A stretch of DNA of 64,000 nucleotides from positions 1,728,001 through 1,792,000 of the forward strand of contig CAVOVB010000001.1 of the NCBI GenBank assembly GCA_963699755.1, in the 5' to 3' direction. The notes below the pieces were generated by a model that saw only the letters and a list, made by a program, of their open reading frames with translations, was not told where the DNA came from and did not search any database. Positions 60,994 to 64,000 of the stretch are shown here, piece after piece. The position numbers were made by a program, and so were the translations under genes. Positions within the stretch are counted from its first letter, which is position 1. Every line of letters begins with the position of its first letter. Source of the stretch: an uncultured delta proteobacterium. GTDB lineage: Bacteria; Myxococcota_A; Polyangia; Polyangiales; Houyiibacteriaceae.

Positions 60994-61013
60994 ACCTTAC
61001 GCGAGTCTTAACG
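60994..61013 (-). promoter_or_regulatory. putative OmpR-type operator, copy 1
   Basis: minus strand CGTTAAGACTCGCGTAAGGT. Confidence 0.6.
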
Positions 61014-61049
61014 CGGGCAGATTTTCTGCTTTTCCGCTAGTTTTGGCCG

Positions 61050-61778
61050 GTGGCCCGCTCTTTTCTCGTTCTCGATATCGAAACCGTTCCCGATCCGGAC
61101 CTCGTCTGGGATGCGGCCGTCGGCGGCTTTCCACCTGCGCCGTTCCATCAAGTGGTCGCACTCGGGGTCCTGTGGCTCGACGGGAACTACGAGCTCCAGA
61201 AGCTCGGCGCGTTTGGAGGCGAAGAAGATGCACCGCCCGATGAGTCGAAGGTATTGCAAGAGTTTGCCGATTTCATCGGAAAGCGGCACCCGACCATGGT
61301 GAGCTTCAACGGGCGGCGCTTTGATCTGCCCGTCCTCGCCAATCGCATGCTGAAGCACGGTGTGCCGTTCCCCGCGTACTACGCAGGGCGCAGCGGGGGC
61401 GCCGACTATCGCTATCGTTACAGCGATGAAGGTCACATGGACTTGGCCGACGTGCTCACGGACTACGGCGCGAGCCGCATGCCAAGCCTGGGCGCGCTTG
61501 CGCAACTGGTCGGCATGCCGGGCAAAATGGAAGTCGACGGCTCGAAAGTTCAGAGCATGTTCGAGCACGGCCGCTACGCAGAGATTCGCGACTACTGCCT
61601 ACACGACGTCGTTCAAACGACCTTCGTGTTTCTCCGCTCCGAGCTCTTGCGAGGCCGCTTGAGCCAGTCCGACTACCGCGAGCGGGCCACGGCGCTCTGG
61701 GACGCGCTCGAAAAAGACCAGCGCGTCATCGCCGTCCTCGAGCGCGCCAACAAGCCCCTAGCCCTCCTAAACGACTAG
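61050..61778 (+). CDS. DnaQ-like 3'-5' exonuclease (PolB-exo-related)
   Basis: LDIETVP, SFNGRRFDLP, YCLHDV. Confidence 0.88.
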   Translation: MARSFLVLDIETVPDPDLVWDAAVGGFPPAPFHQVVALGVLWLDGNYELQKLGAFGGEEDAPPDESKVLQEFADFIGKRHPTMVSFNGRRFDLPVLANRMLKHGVPFPAYYAGRSGGADYRYRYSDEGHMDLADVLTDYGASRMPSLGALAQLVGMPGKMEVDGSKVQSMFEHGRYAEIRDYCLHDVVQTTFVFLRSELLRGRLSQSDYRERATALWDALEKDQRVIAVLERANKPLALLND

Positions 61779-61842
61779 AAAAGGGGACAGTCCCCTTTTT
61801 CAATGGGTTAACCCTTCTGAAAAGGGGACTGTCCCCTTTTTC
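61777..61842. repeat. REP-like nested palindrome
   Basis: AAAAGGGGACAGTCCCCTTTT (61779-61799) and AAAAGGGGACTGTCCCCTTTT (61820-61840) around GGGTTAACCC. Confidence 0.85.
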
Positions 61843-61856
61843 TCTTTTCGTCACTC

Positions 61857-61876
61857 CGTTAAGAGCTTCGTAAGGT
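61857..61876 (+). promoter_or_regulatory. putative OmpR-type operator, copy 2
   Basis: CGTTAAGAGCTTCGTAAGGT, 16/20 identical to copy 1. Confidence 0.6.
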
Positions 61877-61946
61877 CTGGCGTCGTCCGAGTGGGTGAAC
61901 CGTGGGGGAAGCCCCGCAACCACTCCCGAAAAGACGAGGAATCAAC

Positions 61947-62606
61947 ATGCGATATCTACTTCACATTGGGCTCTTTGTATTGGCGCTCACGGCCGTAACC
62001 CAGGCCAGTGCGGACGACGACAGCGACTCCCGTCGCGGAAAGAAAGTCATCGTCACCTATGATGACGCTCCCCGCCAGGTTCGGCCCGTTCGCACGAGCT
62101 TCGAACCGTCACGGGCTGTTTACGACCAGCGAAGGACGGTTCACCACACACCCCAGGCCACCCACTTCGCGCGTCGTGCCTACTCCGATCAGCGGGAGGA
62201 CCTCGAACAGATCGTTCGGATCAGCGAACGTTGGCAGCAGGCCACCGCCCGTAGAAACGTGGACGCACAATGGAAGGTCAATCGTCGGCTCGACGCCTGG
62301 CTCGAGGGCGAGATTCGCGAATCCGTTCGCGATCCCGGTAACCAACGCTACTCGCAACGGGTTCGTCTGCTCCGTAACGAGCTTCTATCGCTCGAACGAA
62401 GCCGTTATCGCGGGCGTGGCCACTACGAGCGCGGTTCCCACGGTCGCGGTCACGGCGGTCGTGGTCACGGCGGTCGTGGTCACGGCGGCTATTTCGTGAA
62501 GAAGGCGAGCATTCTGAACGAGCTGGTGCAGTTGTCCGAGCGACAGGTGCAACGGGCTGAAGCAAACCTTCGCTACCCCCAGCGGCTTTCGTTCGCCCGT
62601 CGCTGA
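61947..62606 (+). CDS. exported Arg-rich hypothetical protein with GRGHG repeats
   Basis: GAGGA SD, signal peptide ending QASA. Confidence 0.65.
   Translation: MRYLLHIGLFVLALTAVTQASADDDSDSRRGKKVIVTYDDAPRQVRPVRTSFEPSRAVYDQRRTVHHTPQATHFARRAYSDQREDLEQIVRISERWQQATARRNVDAQWKVNRRLDAWLEGEIRESVRDPGNQRYSQRVRLLRNELLSLERSRYRGRGHYERGSHGRGHGGRGHGGRGHGGYFVKKASILNELVQLSERQVQRAEANLRYPQRLSFARR
62442..62489 (+). repeat. 15-bp coding tandem repeat (GRGHG x3)
   Basis: GGTCGYGGTCACGGC repeated three times. Confidence 0.8.
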
Positions 62607-62628
62607 GCAACCGAACCCATGAACTCGC

Positions 62629-62663
62629 AAGCGCCTCGGCAGTTGCCGGGGCGCTTCCTTTTT
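62629..62663 (+). terminator. intrinsic terminator
   Basis: AAGCGCCTCGGC-AGTT-GCCGGGGCGCTT hairpin followed by a T run, between convergent genes. Confidence 0.75.
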
Positions 62664-62665
62664 AA

Positions 62666-62995
62666 CTATCCGCCAAATGCGGCCCGTTCCTCTTCGAGCG
62701 CCCGTTCGATGTTTCCACAGACGATTTCGCAGAGCTTGAACACCGCCGGATCCGAAACCGAGTAGTAGGCCGAGTTCCCCCGCTTCTCGCGCTTGACCAA
62801 GCGGTGCGCGAGCAGGGTGCTCAGGTGTTTGGAGACATTGGGCTGGGTGCTGCCCGTCGCCTCCACCAGGGCGGTCACCGTGCGCGGCCCGTTCGCCAGC
62901 TCGTTCAGGATCTGCAGCCGAAGCGGGACCCCGAGGATGCGGAACCGGGTCGCGACCGAGTCCAGGTTCTGGATGTTTAGAGCGGTCTTAGGCAT
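62666..62995 (-). CDS. ArsR/SmtB-family transcriptional regulator
   Basis: PLRLQIL, QPNVSKHL, KRGNSAYY. Confidence 0.92.
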   Translation of the reverse strand: MPKTALNIQNLDSVATRFRILGVPLRLQILNELANGPRTVTALVEATGSTQPNVSKHLSTLLAHRLVKREKRGNSAYYSVSDPAVFKLCEIVCGNIERALEEERAAFGG

Positions 62996-63040
62996 CGCCT
63001 ACCTTCTATAGCTCCATTTCTAGGAAAAATCACTGCTTGA

Positions 63041-63064
63041 CTATATGCTTATGTGGTCATATAG
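63041..63064. promoter_or_regulatory. putative ArsR operator
   Basis: CTATATG-N10-CATATAG inverted repeat overlapping TTGACT (63037). Confidence 0.55.
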
Positions 63065-63107
63065 GTGGGGTTCGAGTTCAGTCCCAGTTCAAACGGAGCG
63101 GATGTCC

Positions 63108-64000
63108 ATGAAGCGAAAGATTCTCGATTTCCCAATTCAGCACGCGCGCCTGGTCTTCGTTGGCCTGGCCGTGCTGACCATCGGCCTCGGTGCCGCCATT
63201 CCCTCGATCCAGGTCGATACCGATCCGGAGAACATGCTCTCGGAGGACGATCCGGCCCGCGTCTTTCACAACGAGACCAAAGAGGAGTTCGACCTTCACG
63301 ACCTAATCGTCGTGGGCGTCGTGAACGAGTCCGAGCCCGAGGGGGTCTTCAACCCCGAATCGCTCGGCCGCATTCACGAGCTCAACGAGCGATTGAAGTC
63401 GATCGACGGTGTCATCGCACGTGACGTTCTTGGACCCTCGACGATGGACAACATCGAGCAAGCAGGGCCCGGAACCATTCGCTTCGAATGGTTGATGGAG
63501 CAAGCCCCCAAGACACCCGAGGAGGCGCTCGCGATCAAGGAGGCCGCCCTTCGGCTGCCCATGCTTCGCGGCACCGTGGTCTCCGAAGATGGCGACAGCG
63601 TCGCGCTCTACGTTCCGATCGAGAGCAAGGATCAAAGCCACCGGATCTCCGAAGAGATCGAAGCGATCATCGCCGGCTTTGGCGACAACACCGACGAGTT
63701 CTACATCACCGGCCTTCCGGTCGCCGAGGACACCTTCGGCGTCGAGATGTTCAAGCAGATGGCTGTTTCCGCGCCGCTTGCCGCTCTGGTGATCCTTTTG
63801 TTGATGTGGTGGTTCTTCCGTTCGTTCGCCTTGGTCTTGTCGCCGATGATCGTCGCCATCACCACGGTGACCATCACGATGGGCGCGCTCATCGCGAGCG
63901 GGTTCACCGTGCACATCATGAGCTCGATGATCCCGATCTTCCTGATGCCCATCGCGGTCGTCGATTCGGTTCACCTGCTTTCGGAGTTTGTCGATATCTA
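63108..64000 (+). CDS. MMPL/RND-family transporter, truncated by window end
   Basis: not in ORF track; MKRKILDF...IQVDTDPENMLSEDDP...ITGLPVAEDTFGVEMF...MIPIFLMPIAVVDSVHLLSEF. Confidence 0.88.
   Translation, partial: MKRKILDFPIQHARLVFVGLAVLTIGLGAAIPSIQVDTDPENMLSEDDPARVFHNETKEEFDLHDLIVVGVVNESEPEGVFNPESLGRIHELNERLKSIDGVIARDVLGPSTMDNIEQAGPGTIRFEWLMEQAPKTPEEALAIKEAALRLPMLRGTVVSEDGDSVALYVPIESKDQSHRISEEIEAIIAGFGDNTDEFYITGLPVAEDTFGVEMFKQMAVSAPLAALVILLLMWWFFRSFALVLSPMIVAITTVTITMGALIASGFTVHIMSSMIPIFLMPIAVVDSVHLLSEFVDI

Noticed and set aside
61777..61842. CRISPR mini-array
   Set aside because: Two 21-bp units with a 20-bp palindromic spacer and no cas genes

Overview
High-GC (about 64% by eye) bacterial window, most likely Myxococcota/Polyangia (mglC-accB-accC-sgmX-like locus, myxobacterial TonB-dependent receptor, fused CcoNO) and probably marine (complete Na+-NQR). 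Main signal: 1.7-41.9 kb reads as one low-oxygen/dormancy island. It encodes a globin-coupled histidine kinase, a sigma-54 NtrC-type activator, 5 USP genes, 4 CBS genes, WS/DGAT, an APH-AAA kinase, DUF5335, a host-attachment/baeRF-like protein, a Bacteroidota-type glycogen operon with a GT3-phosphorylase fusion, a hemerythrin-like protein, a diheme lipoprotein cytochrome, cbb3 oxidase, YwiC and nqrA-F/M. The wiring is legible in the DNA: about 11 sigma-54 -24/-12 promoters, most next to CGCA-N5-TGCG palindromes that often come in pairs 29-30 bp apart. One enhancer-promoter unit lies inside the ccoI coding sequence, and several promoters predict near-leaderless mRNAs. The core resembles the known Myxococcus NmpU/NmpR system; the cargo resembles the mycobacterial DosR regulon. 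The rest holds two LuxR-HTH paralogues around SDR/sulfotransferase genes, tRNA-Gly(CCC), SPFH, a double-RHH gene with an AT-rich operator, a TBDR, a Mo-oxidoreductase, housekeeping genes, a Spy/OmpR/HK module with a shared 20-bp box, a REP-like nested palindrome and ArsR/MMPL. Five genes carry seven frameshifts, all single-base insertions, which points to sequencing error. All calls were made by eye; no searches were run.
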